47,076 nucleotides of DNA from Candidatus Acetothermia bacterium (GTDB lineage Bacteria; Bipolaricaulota; Bipolaricaulia; M55B111): assembly GCA_046543285.1 (NCBI GenBank), contig JBKGZS010000003.1, forward strand, positions 1 to 47,076. Reading direction: 5' to 3'. This document shows positions 7,341 to 16,318 of the stretch, in pieces (within the stretch, counting starts at the first letter, position 1; each line of letters begins with the position of its first letter). The position numbers were made by a program, and so were the translations under genes. The notes beneath the pieces were generated by a model that searched no databases, had not been told where the DNA came from, and saw nothing but the letters and a program-made list of their open reading frames with translations.

Positions 7341-10301
7341 ATGAACACCATTCGCGTTAAAAATAGAGAAGCTGAGCCCAGGAGCCGAGCGGTGGTTGAA
7401 CGGGCCCGGAAATGGTTGGGAGTGGATATCGTCAGTGCTATGACTGTTGATCTCTATTTGATTGATTTTTCTCTTTCCTCTGAGCAACTGAGCCTGGTAG
7501 AAGGGGAAATACTTGTTGATCCCGTCATCCAGGAAGGTTTTAGGAATTACCGGGGAGCTGATTTTCTCAACCAGTTCGATTGGTTGATTCAGGTTGGATT
7601 GAAATCGGGAATGAAAGACGGCGAAGGGGAGAGGGCCAAATCTGCCATAGAGGACCTGTTAGGCGACTCTTTTGAAGGCAAGGTCTATACTGCCACCGAA
7701 TACCTTTTGAGTGGCAACCTTACCAGAGAAGATTGTCAGCGAGTCATTGACGAACTGCTTGCCAACCCCCTGGTTCATCGTACCACCCTTTTGTCAGTAG
7801 GGAAGGATGTCAGTTACAGTGAATCTTTGAACGAGGTGCCCAGAGTTTCCTCCGATGGGGAAAGAGAAGTTCGTTCCTTCGCTCTGGATTCCCTGTCCCG
7901 GATTGCCGACCGAAGAAATCTTGCCCTCTCAGAAGATGACATACAGGCCATTCGCCGCTACTATCAGGATCCCGAGGTTCAAAGCGCTCGGGCGGAACGG
8001 GGACTATCGGAACAGATCACTGACGTGGAGCTTGAAGCGATAGCCCAGACGCAGTCCGAGCATTGTAAGCACAAAATCTTCAACGCAGAAATCGATTATA
8101 GACCCCCGGGGGAAGAGGACCCTTATCGCATAGATTCTTTGATGGATACTTATATCAAGGCCGCTACCCGCGAGATGGATAGAGACTGGGTTTTATCTAC
8201 GTTCTGGGACAATGCAGGGGTGGTGGAATTTGATGAAGATCACGCGGTGGCCCTCAAATTCGAAACGCACAATTCCCCCTCGGCAAAGGAGCCCTACGGA
8301 GGGGCCATTACGGGGATAGTGGGAGTCTACCGGGATCCCATGGGGACCGGTCAGGGGTGCAAAATTATCGCCGGGGCTTACGGGTTTTGCACGCCGGATC
8401 CCTTCTATGATGGTGATCTCAACCCGGAAATTAAGCCCCGCAGGTTGCTGGAGGGAATAGTGGATGGAGTTAAAGACGGTGGAAACAAGTCAGGTGTTCC
8501 CACCATAACCGGTTATTCCAAATACGACAACTCCTTTTTGGGTAAACCTCTGGTATACGTCGGTGCTCTCGGTTTAATGCCCAGGGAACTAGACGGCCAA
8601 CCGGCCTGGCATAAGGACGTCGAAAACGAGGATCGCATAGTCATGATCGGGGGAAGAGTAGGCCGCGACGGAATTCACGGGGTCACCGAATCTTCATTGG
8701 AGTTCGGAGAACACATAACCTCGGGCCACGTGCAGATCGGAGATCCATTTACTCAGAAAAAAGTACAGGATCTAATTCTGGAGGCCCGGGATCGCGGACT
8801 TTACAAGTTGATCTGGGATCTGGGGGGAGGGGGGCTTTCCTCTGCGGTGGGGGAGACAGCAGAGTTTTCTGACGGGTGTCTGCTTGATTTGTCTCGGATC
8901 CCTCTGAAATACGAGGGCCTAAATCCCTGGGAAATTCTAGTATCCGAATCCCAGGAAAGAATGCTGCTAGGCGTTTCCCCCGATCATGTAGGAGAATTAC
9001 GAGATCTCGCCCGGAAACACGACGTAGAGATTACGGATATCGGCAAATTCACGGATAGTGGTAAATTTCACATCAAAGACGGGGAACAGACTGTAGCCTA
9101 TCTGGACCTCGACTTTCTTCACAACGGTTTCCCCGGATATCAATTGCCGGCCTCCTGGAGTGAGCCCGATCTTCAGGAGCCCGACCTTGATGAGCTAGAA
9201 GATCAGGAAGAACTTTTGTTGCGGATGCTTTCCAGGGAGAACGTCTGTTCCAAAGAGTGGATACAGCGGCAATACGACCACGAGGTTCAAGGAACATCGG
9301 TGATAAAGCCCCTGGTGGGAAAAAACCCTGTTCAATCGGATGGTTCAGTTATTCAGCCACTTGCTGAAAAAGATCTGGGGATCGCACTAGGTCTAGGCAA
9401 TTCCTTCAAGTATTCTCAGATCGATCCTTACTGGATGGCCGCCTCGTCTCTGGATGAGGCGATCCGGAGAGTTTTAGCCGTCGGGGGCAGCCTTGACCAT
9501 CTGGCTCTGAACGATAATTTCTGTTGGCCTAATTCCATCTACGATCCAGATGAAAACCCCGAAGGCGAGAGAAATCTAGGAGCTCTTGTACGAGCCAATC
9601 AAGCCCTTTACCGATTTACCAAGGCCTTCCGGACTCCCTGTATTTCCGGCAAGGACTCCATGTTTATCGACGGAAATCTCCGGGATTCAAAAGGAAATCT
9701 CCACAAGGTATCCGGTTTACCGGCACTACAGTTCTCGGCCATAGCCAGGGTTCCCGACGTGAACAAATCCGTGGATCTTGTTCCTCAAAGGCCTGGTGAT
9801 ATCGTGTACATCCTAGGCGTGACACGTGACGAATTAGGGGCTTCCGAGTACTATGAAATGCTGGGGCACGTTGGTGCCAATGTTCCCCGCTTGAGGGAAG
9901 GGGAGGCAGAATCGGTTTATCAGACTCTCGAAAAGGGGATCCGTGAGGAGGCGATTGCTTCCTGTCACGGCTGTTATCGGGGCGGTATCGGGACAGCTCT
10001 TGCCCAGATGGCCATCGCGGGTGAAGTTGGGATTTTCGTGAAACTGAAAAACTGTCCCACCGACGAGCACCTGCGAACTGAAAAGGTTCTCTATTCCGAA
10101 TCGCCGGCCAGGTTTCTGGTTACCGTTCCTCCTTCCCGAGAAGATGAATGGAAACGAATGACCTCCAATGTTCCCTGCAACAAGATTGGTGCGGTGGTTG
10201 GTGATAGTCTTACGGTCAAGGGTACTGAGGGGTCCAAACTGATAGATCTACCGGTTGAAAAATTGGTTAAAACCTACCAATCCACCTTTGAGGAGTTTTG
10301 A
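7341..10301 (+). CDS. purL: FGAM synthase PurL with N-terminal PurS-like repeats (no glutaminase domain)
   Basis: AQTQSEHCKHKIF, KFETHNSPS, GGRVGRDGIHG, VQIGDPF, DLGGGG, SESQERM, QYDHEVQ, ISGKDSM, LYSES. Confidence 0.95.
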   Translation: MNTIRVKNREAEPRSRAVVERARKWLGVDIVSAMTVDLYLIDFSLSSEQLSLVEGEILVDPVIQEGFRNYRGADFLNQFDWLIQVGLKSGMKDGEGERAKSAIEDLLGDSFEGKVYTATEYLLSGNLTREDCQRVIDELLANPLVHRTTLLSVGKDVSYSESLNEVPRVSSDGEREVRSFALDSLSRIADRRNLALSEDDIQAIRRYYQDPEVQSARAERGLSEQITDVELEAIAQTQSEHCKHKIFNAEIDYRPPGEEDPYRIDSLMDTYIKAATREMDRDWVLSTFWDNAGVVEFDEDHAVALKFETHNSPSAKEPYGGAITGIVGVYRDPMGTGQGCKIIAGAYGFCTPDPFYDGDLNPEIKPRRLLEGIVDGVKDGGNKSGVPTITGYSKYDNSFLGKPLVYVGALGLMPRELDGQPAWHKDVENEDRIVMIGGRVGRDGIHGVTESSLEFGEHITSGHVQIGDPFTQKKVQDLILEARDRGLYKLIWDLGGGGLSSAVGETAEFSDGCLLDLSRIPLKYEGLNPWEILVSESQERMLLGVSPDHVGELRDLARKHDVEITDIGKFTDSGKFHIKDGEQTVAYLDLDFLHNGFPGYQLPASWSEPDLQEPDLDELEDQEELLLRMLSRENVCSKEWIQRQYDHEVQGTSVIKPLVGKNPVQSDGSVIQPLAEKDLGIALGLGNSFKYSQIDPYWMAASSLDEAIRRVLAVGGSLDHLALNDNFCWPNSIYDPDENPEGERNLGALVRANQALYRFTKAFRTPCISGKDSMFIDGNLRDSKGNLHKVSGLPALQFSAIARVPDVNKSVDLVPQRPGDIVYILGVTRDELGASEYYEMLGHVGANVPRLREGEAESVYQTLEKGIREEAIASCHGCYRGGIGTALAQMAIAGEVGIFVKLKNCPTDEHLRTEKVLYSESPARFLVTVPPSREDEWKRMTSNVPCNKIGAVVGDSLTVKGTEGSKLIDLPVEKLVKTYQSTFEEF

Positions 10302-11107
10302 TGAGCGAGAAAAAGATTGCCGTGTTGTTTGGCCATGGAATTAACTGTGACTGGGAGACCGCTCAGGCGCTGCGCGATGCAGCAGCCCAGGTAAATGCAC
10401 AGGAGGCTATAGACGTCCAGCGGGTTCACACCAATCGGTTCATCTCCGGTCCTCGGAACCTGCGGGAGTATCAAATGGTCGTAATCCCCGGGGGTTTTTT
10501 GCATGCCGATGACGTTGCTGCGGGAAAGATTCTCGCGGGCAAACTCAAATCCAATCTTTCGCGGGAGATAACCAATTTCGTGGAGGACGGCAAGCTGATC
10601 TTGGGTATCTGCAATGGATTTCAAGTATTGACCAAGTACCCCCTGCTCAGCGAGGAGAGGAAATTTACCCTTGCGGCAAACGATTGCGGTCGCTATCAAG
10701 ACCGCTGGGTTAACCTGAAAGTCAACTCCGATACCCCCTGCGTTTACCTGAGGGGGATCGACGAGATTTGTTTACCAGTTCGGCATGCCGAGGGAAAGTT
10801 CGTTGCCGGAGAAGCCGCCTTGCTGAGTTTGGAAAACCGAGGAGCGGTTGCTCTTCGATATTCCACGGCCGAAGGAGAGCCGGCGGAAGGTCGTTTCCCC
10901 CACAATCCCAATGGTTCTCTCCACGATGTGGCAGGTGTTTGTGACCGAACTGGCCGAATTTTCGGATTGATGCCCCACCCTGAAGCCTTTATCACCCCTT
11001 ATCAGTATCCAGGTTGGACCCGTTATCGAAGAGAGAACGGTTTGCCCGAGCCTCAGGGCTTGAAAATCTTCGTCAACGCCGTGAATTACATCCTGGAGGA
11101 AATGTGA
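10301..11107 (+). CDS. purQ: FGAM synthase glutaminase subunit
   Basis: GINCD, IPGGF, LGICNGFQ, HAEG, NPNGS, GLMPHPE; ATG overlaps the purL stop (TGATG). Confidence 0.96.
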   Translation: MSEKKIAVLFGHGINCDWETAQALRDAAAQVNAQEAIDVQRVHTNRFISGPRNLREYQMVVIPGGFLHADDVAAGKILAGKLKSNLSREITNFVEDGKLILGICNGFQVLTKYPLLSEERKFTLAANDCGRYQDRWVNLKVNSDTPCVYLRGIDEICLPVRHAEGKFVAGEAALLSLENRGAVALRYSTAEGEPAEGRFPHNPNGSLHDVAGVCDRTGRIFGLMPHPEAFITPYQYPGWTRYRRENGLPEPQGLKIFVNAVNYILEEM

Positions 11108-12213
11108 TGACCGAGGAAGAGGACTACCGAACCTACGCCGATGCCGGCGTCGATATCTCGGCTGGAGATCGATGCAGTCATATTGCATACCGGGCTTGCC
11201 TGCAAACTCACTCCAATCGGAAAGGAAAGATCGGCTGCCCTGAAGGAGGAAAGACGGAAGGTGGGTTTTCTTCTCTGCTGAGCCTGGACGGTTTTGGCGA
11301 GAGGGACTACCTGGTTAAGAACTCGGATGGAGTGGGAAGCAAGGCTTTAGTTGCCCAGAGACTCAACTCTCACTCTACTCTGGCCTATGATCTCATAGCT
11401 ATGACCGTCGATGATACGGCGGCCATGGGAGCCGAACCCCTCGTTGGAACAAACATCTTGGACGTTCGGGAGGCCCGGCCCGAAATTGTTTCCGAATTGA
11501 TGGACGGTCTAGTTGAAGCCTGTAATAGGGCTGGTATCGCAATGGTGGGGGGCGAAATAGCGGAACTATCCGACCAGGTTAAAGGTTACAGTTCTCCCTA
11601 TATCTGGAATGCTGACGTGATCGGCGTTCTTGAGAAAGATAAACAGGTCGACGGAGCGGAAATTGACCCGGGTCAATCTGTCATTGCTTTCAAAAGCAAC
11701 GGCATCCGCTCCAATGGTCTAACTCTAGCCCGGGAGATTTGTCGCTCCGAATTCGGAACGGATTGGGACTCGAAGTCTTTTCGATCCGGGGAAACCTGGG
11801 GAGAGGTGCTCCTTCGCCCTTCGCTCATTTGTGCGCCCGCCCTGGTGGAAATGTTCGGCTCTCACGGAGAGCCGGCTGAAGTAAAGCTTACGGGAATCGC
11901 CCATTTGACCGGTGGAGGGATTACCAATCTACGCAGGATATTGCCCCAGGGAAAGGGGGCTGAACTGGACGATCTGTTCCCTCCTCCTCCTGAACTCCTG
12001 GCTCTGCAGGAGGTAGGCCCCGTTCGAGACATGGAAGCCTACAGGACCTGGAATATGGGTCAATGTATGTTGGTGGTCAGCGAACGTCCCCGGCCGGTCC
12101 TGGAAATAGCCTCCCGGCACGACATCGAAGCAAAAGTATGTGGGAAGATTACTTCGGGGGACGAGATACTGGTCCAAAGTCGAGGAAAAGAAGAAGATAC
12201 TCTTTTATTTTAA
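11107..12213 (+). CDS. purM: AIR synthetase (phosphoribosylformylglycinamidine cyclo-ligase)
   Basis: YADAGVDI, SDGVGSK, GGEIAEL, SNGIRSNG, AHLTGGG, TWNMG. Start moved to ATG 11107 (GGAGG upstream, overlaps the purQ stop). Confidence 0.94.
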   Translation: MTEEEDYRTYADAGVDISAGDRCSHIAYRACLQTHSNRKGKIGCPEGGKTEGGFSSLLSLDGFGERDYLVKNSDGVGSKALVAQRLNSHSTLAYDLIAMTVDDTAAMGAEPLVGTNILDVREARPEIVSELMDGLVEACNRAGIAMVGGEIAELSDQVKGYSSPYIWNADVIGVLEKDKQVDGAEIDPGQSVIAFKSNGIRSNGLTLAREICRSEFGTDWDSKSFRSGETWGEVLLRPSLICAPALVEMFGSHGEPAEVKLTGIAHLTGGGITNLRRILPQGKGAELDDLFPPPPELLALQEVGPVRDMEAYRTWNMGQCMLVVSERPRPVLEIASRHDIEAKVCGKITSGDEILVQSRGKEEDTLLF

Positions 12214-12236
12214 CGTAGTTCTCCCTCTAAGCTCAT

Positions 12237-13034
12237 CTATCTAGCGGTCCTAATTTTTTCTCCTTTGAGGTCGTAGTAACCCTGCACGATTTGACCCCCC
12301 ATATCAAACACGATCCCCGATTTGGCCTTGGTGCCTACCACTCCTCGAGCAATTAGCTGGAGAGCCTGATCCAGGCAGGGGCCGTCTCCTTCCCATTTTA
12401 ACCACTCTTGAAGGGCATCTGCGTAGCCCCGAATTTTCTCCGGGGCCTTTTCTTTGAGCACCTCGACAAGTTCAGTTTCCACGGGTAAGGGGCGCGAGAC
12501 GGCCATAAGAGCCCCTTGGTCCACTTGTTCGGAAACGATGTGGACCGAAGATCTCAAGTGTTCCTCTCCGGCCTGAACGGCGTCATATACAGTATCATCT
12601 CCAACAAACTTTCTCTTCCCACCTTCTTCTATCCGCAGGTCTGCGGGATGAACGTTCAAGATTCGATTGCGGAAACCAGAGAGGAGCGGATCGGTCACGA
12701 TCTGCATAAAACCTGATAGCACAATCAAATCCGGATTGTAGGCTTTGAGCTTCTCGTAGAGGGCTTCGAAATAATGTTCGCGTGCATCGGGGGTGATTTT
12801 CCCTTCTGGGTAAAAATCTGCCCGGGCCACGACTTCGACGGGCACCCCTCTTGATTCGAGTTTATCTACACCAGGGACGTTTCTCCGGTCGCAAAAACCG
12901 ACAATAATTCGGTACAGGTCTCCCAGTTCAGGAGATCTTTCAAGCAAATACTCCACTCCCGAAGCCCCGCCGGAAAACAATGCTGCCACTCGCATAGGGT
13001 TCTGATCGTCAAATAAAGGAGCAAAATCGACCAT
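12237..13034 (-). CDS. purN: Folate-dependent formyltransferase, divergent GAR transformylase (PurN-like)
   Basis: ALFSGGASG, DLIVLSGFMQI, ILNVHPADL, SSVHIVSEQVDQG; abuts purM convergently. Confidence 0.75.
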   Translation of the reverse strand: MVDFAPLFDDQNPMRVAALFSGGASGVEYLLERSPELGDLYRIIVGFCDRRNVPGVDKLESRGVPVEVVARADFYPEGKITPDAREHYFEALYEKLKAYNPDLIVLSGFMQIVTDPLLSGFRNRILNVHPADLRIEEGGKRKFVGDDTVYDAVQAGEEHLRSSVHIVSEQVDQGALMAVSRPLPVETELVEVLKEKAPEKIRGYADALQEWLKWEGDGPCLDQALQLIARGVVGTKAKSGIVFDMGGQIVQGYYDLKGEKIRTAR

Positions 13035-13112
13035 GAATTATCCACTCGGGTTGAGTTTTTTGATGATGCAACGAAGCATTTGTTGCTGGATCACTTCACG
13101 TATCTGATCGGG

Positions 13113-13352
13113 TCAAGTAGTGTAGGCTTTCTCATCAGGTTCTTCGTGGTAACCTACGATATAGCGTTGATTTAGAGTAACCTTTCTCCTCTCTTCCATG
13201 AAATCGGTAGTGATGTTGATATAGTTGTTGTCAAACCAGTTGATAGTCCCTCTAATTTCTTGTTTGCCTGCCAGCTTCCGGCTCAGGGTAAATCTCAATA
13301 AAGTGCCGGCCTGTATGGCCTCTTCTAGCTCAGTCTCTTGATCTTTCATCAT
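13113..13352 (-). CDS. Small Sm-fold protein, Hfq/LSm-like
   Basis: N-terminal helix (QETELEEAIQAG) followed by Sm1-like LRFTL..IRGTINWFDNNYINI and Sm2-like VTLNQRYIVGY; AGAGG SD upstream. Confidence 0.55.
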   Translation of the reverse strand: MMKDQETELEEAIQAGTLLRFTLSRKLAGKQEIRGTINWFDNNYINITTDFMEERRKVTLNQRYIVGYHEEPDEKAYTT

Positions 13353-13433
13353 TGGTTTTGTGACCTCTTTGATTCACAGGGTATCAAGGATTCCGCCCCT
13401 TTTTCAATAAGTGACGGGAGTTCCGCCCGCCCG

Positions 13434-14762
13434 TTAACTCGACAGCAAGCCTCCGTGTACCACTGTTAGGTTATCCCACCCTCGCTGTTGCAAAAAACTG
13501 GCTGCGGTCATGGAGCGGAGCCCGCTGCCACAGACCACGTAGAGGGGGTCGACTTGCGGAACTTTGTCAAGGTTTTTTGGTAGTTGGGTCAAGTGAATGT
13601 TTGTAGCGGAGGAGAGTTCGGAGCCCTCTTCCAATTCCTCGGGATTTCTAACGTCCAGAATAGGGGGCTCTTCCTGAAGCATCTCTTGAAAACGGCTGGC
13701 GGAGACCACGTTTATGTGATCCGTTTCCCTTCCCGATCTGTGCCAGGTGAAAACCCCCTGAGGGAGATAACCGAGCACGTCGTCAAATCCCAACCGGAGG
13801 AGCTTTTTCTTCAATTGCAGATTATCTCCTCCGTATTTGACCAAGACGATTGGTTTTTCGTAGGAGAGAAACCAACCCGCAAAGCTTGGAACTCCTTCCT
13901 CCCAGATGCTCAGGCTGCCTGGGATGTGTGCCGCGGCGAACCCCAATGGATCTCGTACGTCCAGGATTTGATAACGTTCCAGGTTATCCTGGATCTTCCC
14001 CGGCGAAATTGGCTGGAGAGCTTTCGGTTTGCCCAGTAACGGCGCACCCTGGAGGTTAAGCCTTTCCATCTCTCGGAAATAAGGAGGCCGCTCAAGTTTT
14101 TTGGCGACCTTTGTCACAAATCCATCACGTTCGTCGTATTGCAGGTAAGGGTTCAAGTTTTTTTCCAGCCCAATGGTGGTCCAAACTCTTTCTGCTATCA
14201 TGCTCCCGCACACCGATCCGGGCCCATGGGCAGGGCAAATGATGACGCCGTCTCCCAGGGGCAAGAGGGTTTTGAACAGTGTTTCATACATCTTCCCGGC
14301 CAATTCCTCCGCTCTATCCATGCCGAGAAGGTCTACTCGACCCACATCGCCTGCGAAGAGGCTATCCCCGGTGAATACCATCCAAGGTTCCCCGCCCCCT
14401 TCGGTTAAAACGTAGGACATGTGGCCGGGCGTGTGTCCCGGGGTATGAAGTGCTTTTATCTGCAGTTGACCCAGCTCCCAGATTTGGCCGGCCTCTACCG
14501 GCTTGCCGTATTGGTAATTCCACTGATTGTCGGCGTGCCAGATTTCCGCCTCCGTGCGAGCTGCTAGTTCGGTAGACCCGATTACGTAATCTTCGTTGCG
14601 GTGTGTTTCTAAGATATCTGTGATTTGTAACTCGTGGCGATTGGCTCTTTGGACGTAAGTTCTACAATCTCTTCTGGGATCTATAACTATCGCTTTGCCC
14701 TTCTGTCCGATCATGTAGGAATAATGAGCTAACCCTTCTGATTCTATCTTTTCAAAAATCAA
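13434..14762 (-). CDS. MBL-fold hydrolase / persulfide dioxygenase-like domain with two rhodanese domains (CstB-like architecture)
   Basis: IDPRRD, ETHRNEDY, HTPGHTPGH, FTGDSLFAGDVGR, PAHGPGSVC; rhodanese LDVR twice, with active-site CGSGLRS in the second; TTG start with GAGGAGG. Confidence 0.88.
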   Translation of the reverse strand: MIFEKIESEGLAHYSYMIGQKGKAIVIDPRRDCRTYVQRANRHELQITDILETHRNEDYVIGSTELAARTEAEIWHADNQWNYQYGKPVEAGQIWELGQLQIKALHTPGHTPGHMSYVLTEGGGEPWMVFTGDSLFAGDVGRVDLLGMDRAEELAGKMYETLFKTLLPLGDGVIICPAHGPGSVCGSMIAERVWTTIGLEKNLNPYLQYDERDGFVTKVAKKLERPPYFREMERLNLQGAPLLGKPKALQPISPGKIQDNLERYQILDVRDPLGFAAAHIPGSLSIWEEGVPSFAGWFLSYEKPIVLVKYGGDNLQLKKKLLRLGFDDVLGYLPQGVFTWHRSGRETDHINVVSASRFQEMLQEEPPILDVRNPEELEEGSELSSATNIHLTQLPKNLDKVPQVDPLYVVCGSGLRSMTAASFLQQRGWDNLTVVHGGLLSS

Positions 14763-14964
14763 GCTAATCCCTCCTCAACTATCATAACATATCCCCGGGG
14801 TGTTGGGTAGCTGCCCGTGAGATGGAACCCATTGTCCCTGTAGGCGTCTCTCCTGCGATCCGTGCTTCCCTCTGCCGGCAAGGCTTCTCTGCACGGGAGA
14901 GGATGGGAAGAATGGATCGAACTCGGCAAGGCGGCTCATGTCTGGGAGTCGAAGGTTTGCCTGT

Positions 14965-14993
14965 TGGACAATGGTTTTTCCAGGACGTATTAT
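14965..14993 (+). promoter_or_regulatory. Putative sigma70 promoter of the ferritin-like gene
   Basis: TGGACA-17 bp-TATTAT, about 55 bp upstream of the start. Confidence 0.5.
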
Positions 14994-15049
14994 TATATTG
15001 TTAGACTAACGGACAGGATATTTTAGAGAAAATCGAGGAGGTTTTTACC

Positions 15050-15559
15050 ATGGGTATAAGCGCAGAGTCGGTTCAACTTGCTGTTGATCTGGAAAAAGAG
15101 GGCTATGAATACTACCGTGAGCACGCTGAGAAGACTGACAATTCCCTAACGGAGACCGTTCTCAATAGCCTGGCTTCTCGCGAGCTGGAACATATAGAAG
15201 TGGTGAATCAAATTGCCGAAGGCAAGAGCGTTTCTTCTGCTTCTCTGGAAAAAGTAGATATCGAGGGGCAGATCAAAGACGTCTTCCAAGACTTCTCTGC
15301 GAAAGAGCGGGAGGGCTGGAAGAAGGAGGAAGAAGAAGTTTACGAACACGGGCTGGAGCTGGAACAAAAGCTCTACGATCTCTACGAAGATTTGAAAGCT
15401 GATGCCGAAAATCCAGATCAGCGGGATTTCTTCGATGCCCTGATGAAGGAAGAGAACAAACATTACGAGTCACTTCAAAATGTAATTTATTACCTAACCG
15501 ATCACGACCGCTGGATGGCCGAAGAAGAAGGGAAAGTCTGGGGCTGGATGAACGTGTAA
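15050..15559 (+). CDS. Ferritin-like / rubrerythrin-family diiron protein
   Basis: Two E..Y / ExxH units (LEKEGYEYY..RELEH; LEQKLYDLY..EENKH); GAGGAGG SD. Confidence 0.85.
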   Translation: MGISAESVQLAVDLEKEGYEYYREHAEKTDNSLTETVLNSLASRELEHIEVVNQIAEGKSVSSASLEKVDIEGQIKDVFQDFSAKEREGWKKEEEEVYEHGLELEQKLYDLYEDLKADAENPDQRDFFDALMKEENKHYESLQNVIYYLTDHDRWMAEEEGKVWGWMNV

Positions 15560-15602
15560 AGTTTTTCTGTTCCCCGGCCCGCGGTTTTGAAATGCCCCAC
15601 TC

Positions 15603-15645
15603 AATAAAAAATAGGAGACCGCATGTTTATGCGGTCTCCTGATTT
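15603..15645. terminator. Intrinsic terminator between convergent ferritin-like and csp genes (U-tract on the minus strand)
   Basis: 12-bp perfect stem AGGAGACCGCAT-gttt-ATGCGGTCTCCT (15613-15640), with an A-run on its left. Confidence 0.8.
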
Positions 15646-15689
15646 CCGTTTTGGGATTGTAGTAATCAAGATGCCAAGCCAGGCTTGAA

Positions 15690-15890
15690 CTAGACTACGG
15701 ACACGCTTGAAGCTTTCGGACCTTTGTCCCCTTGCTCGATCTCAAATTCGACCTCTTGGCCTTCACTCAAGGACTTAAAGCCTCCGCCTTCAATAGCGGA
15801 GTAATGCACAAAGACATCTTCGCCTTCTTCTTGCTCGATGAATCCGTAGCCTTTGTCATCGCTGAACCATTTGACGGTCCCCTTAGCCAT
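15690..15890 (-). CDS. csp: Cold-shock protein (CspA family)
   Basis: [28 protein letters not shown]; true ATG at 15890 with AAGGAGG SD. Confidence 0.97.
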   Translation of the reverse strand: MAKGTVKWFSDDKGYGFIEQEEGEDVFVHYSAIEGGGFKSLSEGQEVEFEIEQGDKGPKASSVSVV

Positions 15891-16074
15891 ATGTGCTACC
15901 CTCCTTGTCTGCATGGGATTTGACTGCGTTATACCATCCCTGCTCAAACAAGGCCTGCTAGGGGTCCTCTGTGTACAGCAGTGATGGAGCAACAAGTCAG
16001 TGCGCATAAATCATACGGTATTTCAGTGAAAAAGCATGGTAAAGGTTAAACTATCTGGTAAATACAGACAATCG

Positions 16075-16103
16075 AGTATACTGAGAGCCAGAGGTTAAGT
16101 CAA
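16075..16103 (-). promoter_or_regulatory. Putative sigma70 promoter of csp
   Basis: Minus strand TTGACT-17 bp-TATACT. Confidence 0.65.
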
Positions 16104-16198
16104 ACTATCATCGAATAAAATCCGGGCTATTTTCTCCGGGATGTGGGCTCGCGCGGAAAGCCCTTTACGCGGAGCTCTGCTTAAATATATTGGTTGGG

Positions 16199-16226
16199 TT
16201 GACTGGAGATACACGTCAGGTACAAT
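16199..16226 (+). promoter_or_regulatory. Putative sigma70 promoter of the purC operon
   Basis: TTGACT-16 bp-TACAAT. Confidence 0.55.
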
Positions 16227-16318
16227 GGTTCTAATGTAGGAAAATAGCTGGTTGCCGTTGCTTCTCGTTGGATTTCAAAACTCGATTTCCTAATTACTAA
16301 AAAGAGGATTGGTAAGCT

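Noticed and set aside
11014-11106. N-terminal extension of purM in the ORF track
   Set aside because: Overlaps purQ; SD and homology place the start at 11107. The same reasoning was used to trim csp, purP1, glnA, porG, mnmE, yidC and the nitroreductase.
16120-16318. ZTP (pfl) or purine riboswitch before purC (GGGTTGACTGG; hairpins at 16120-16180)
   Set aside because: No CGCCTGGG 3' element or purine-aptamer core; TTGACT is better explained as a -35 box.
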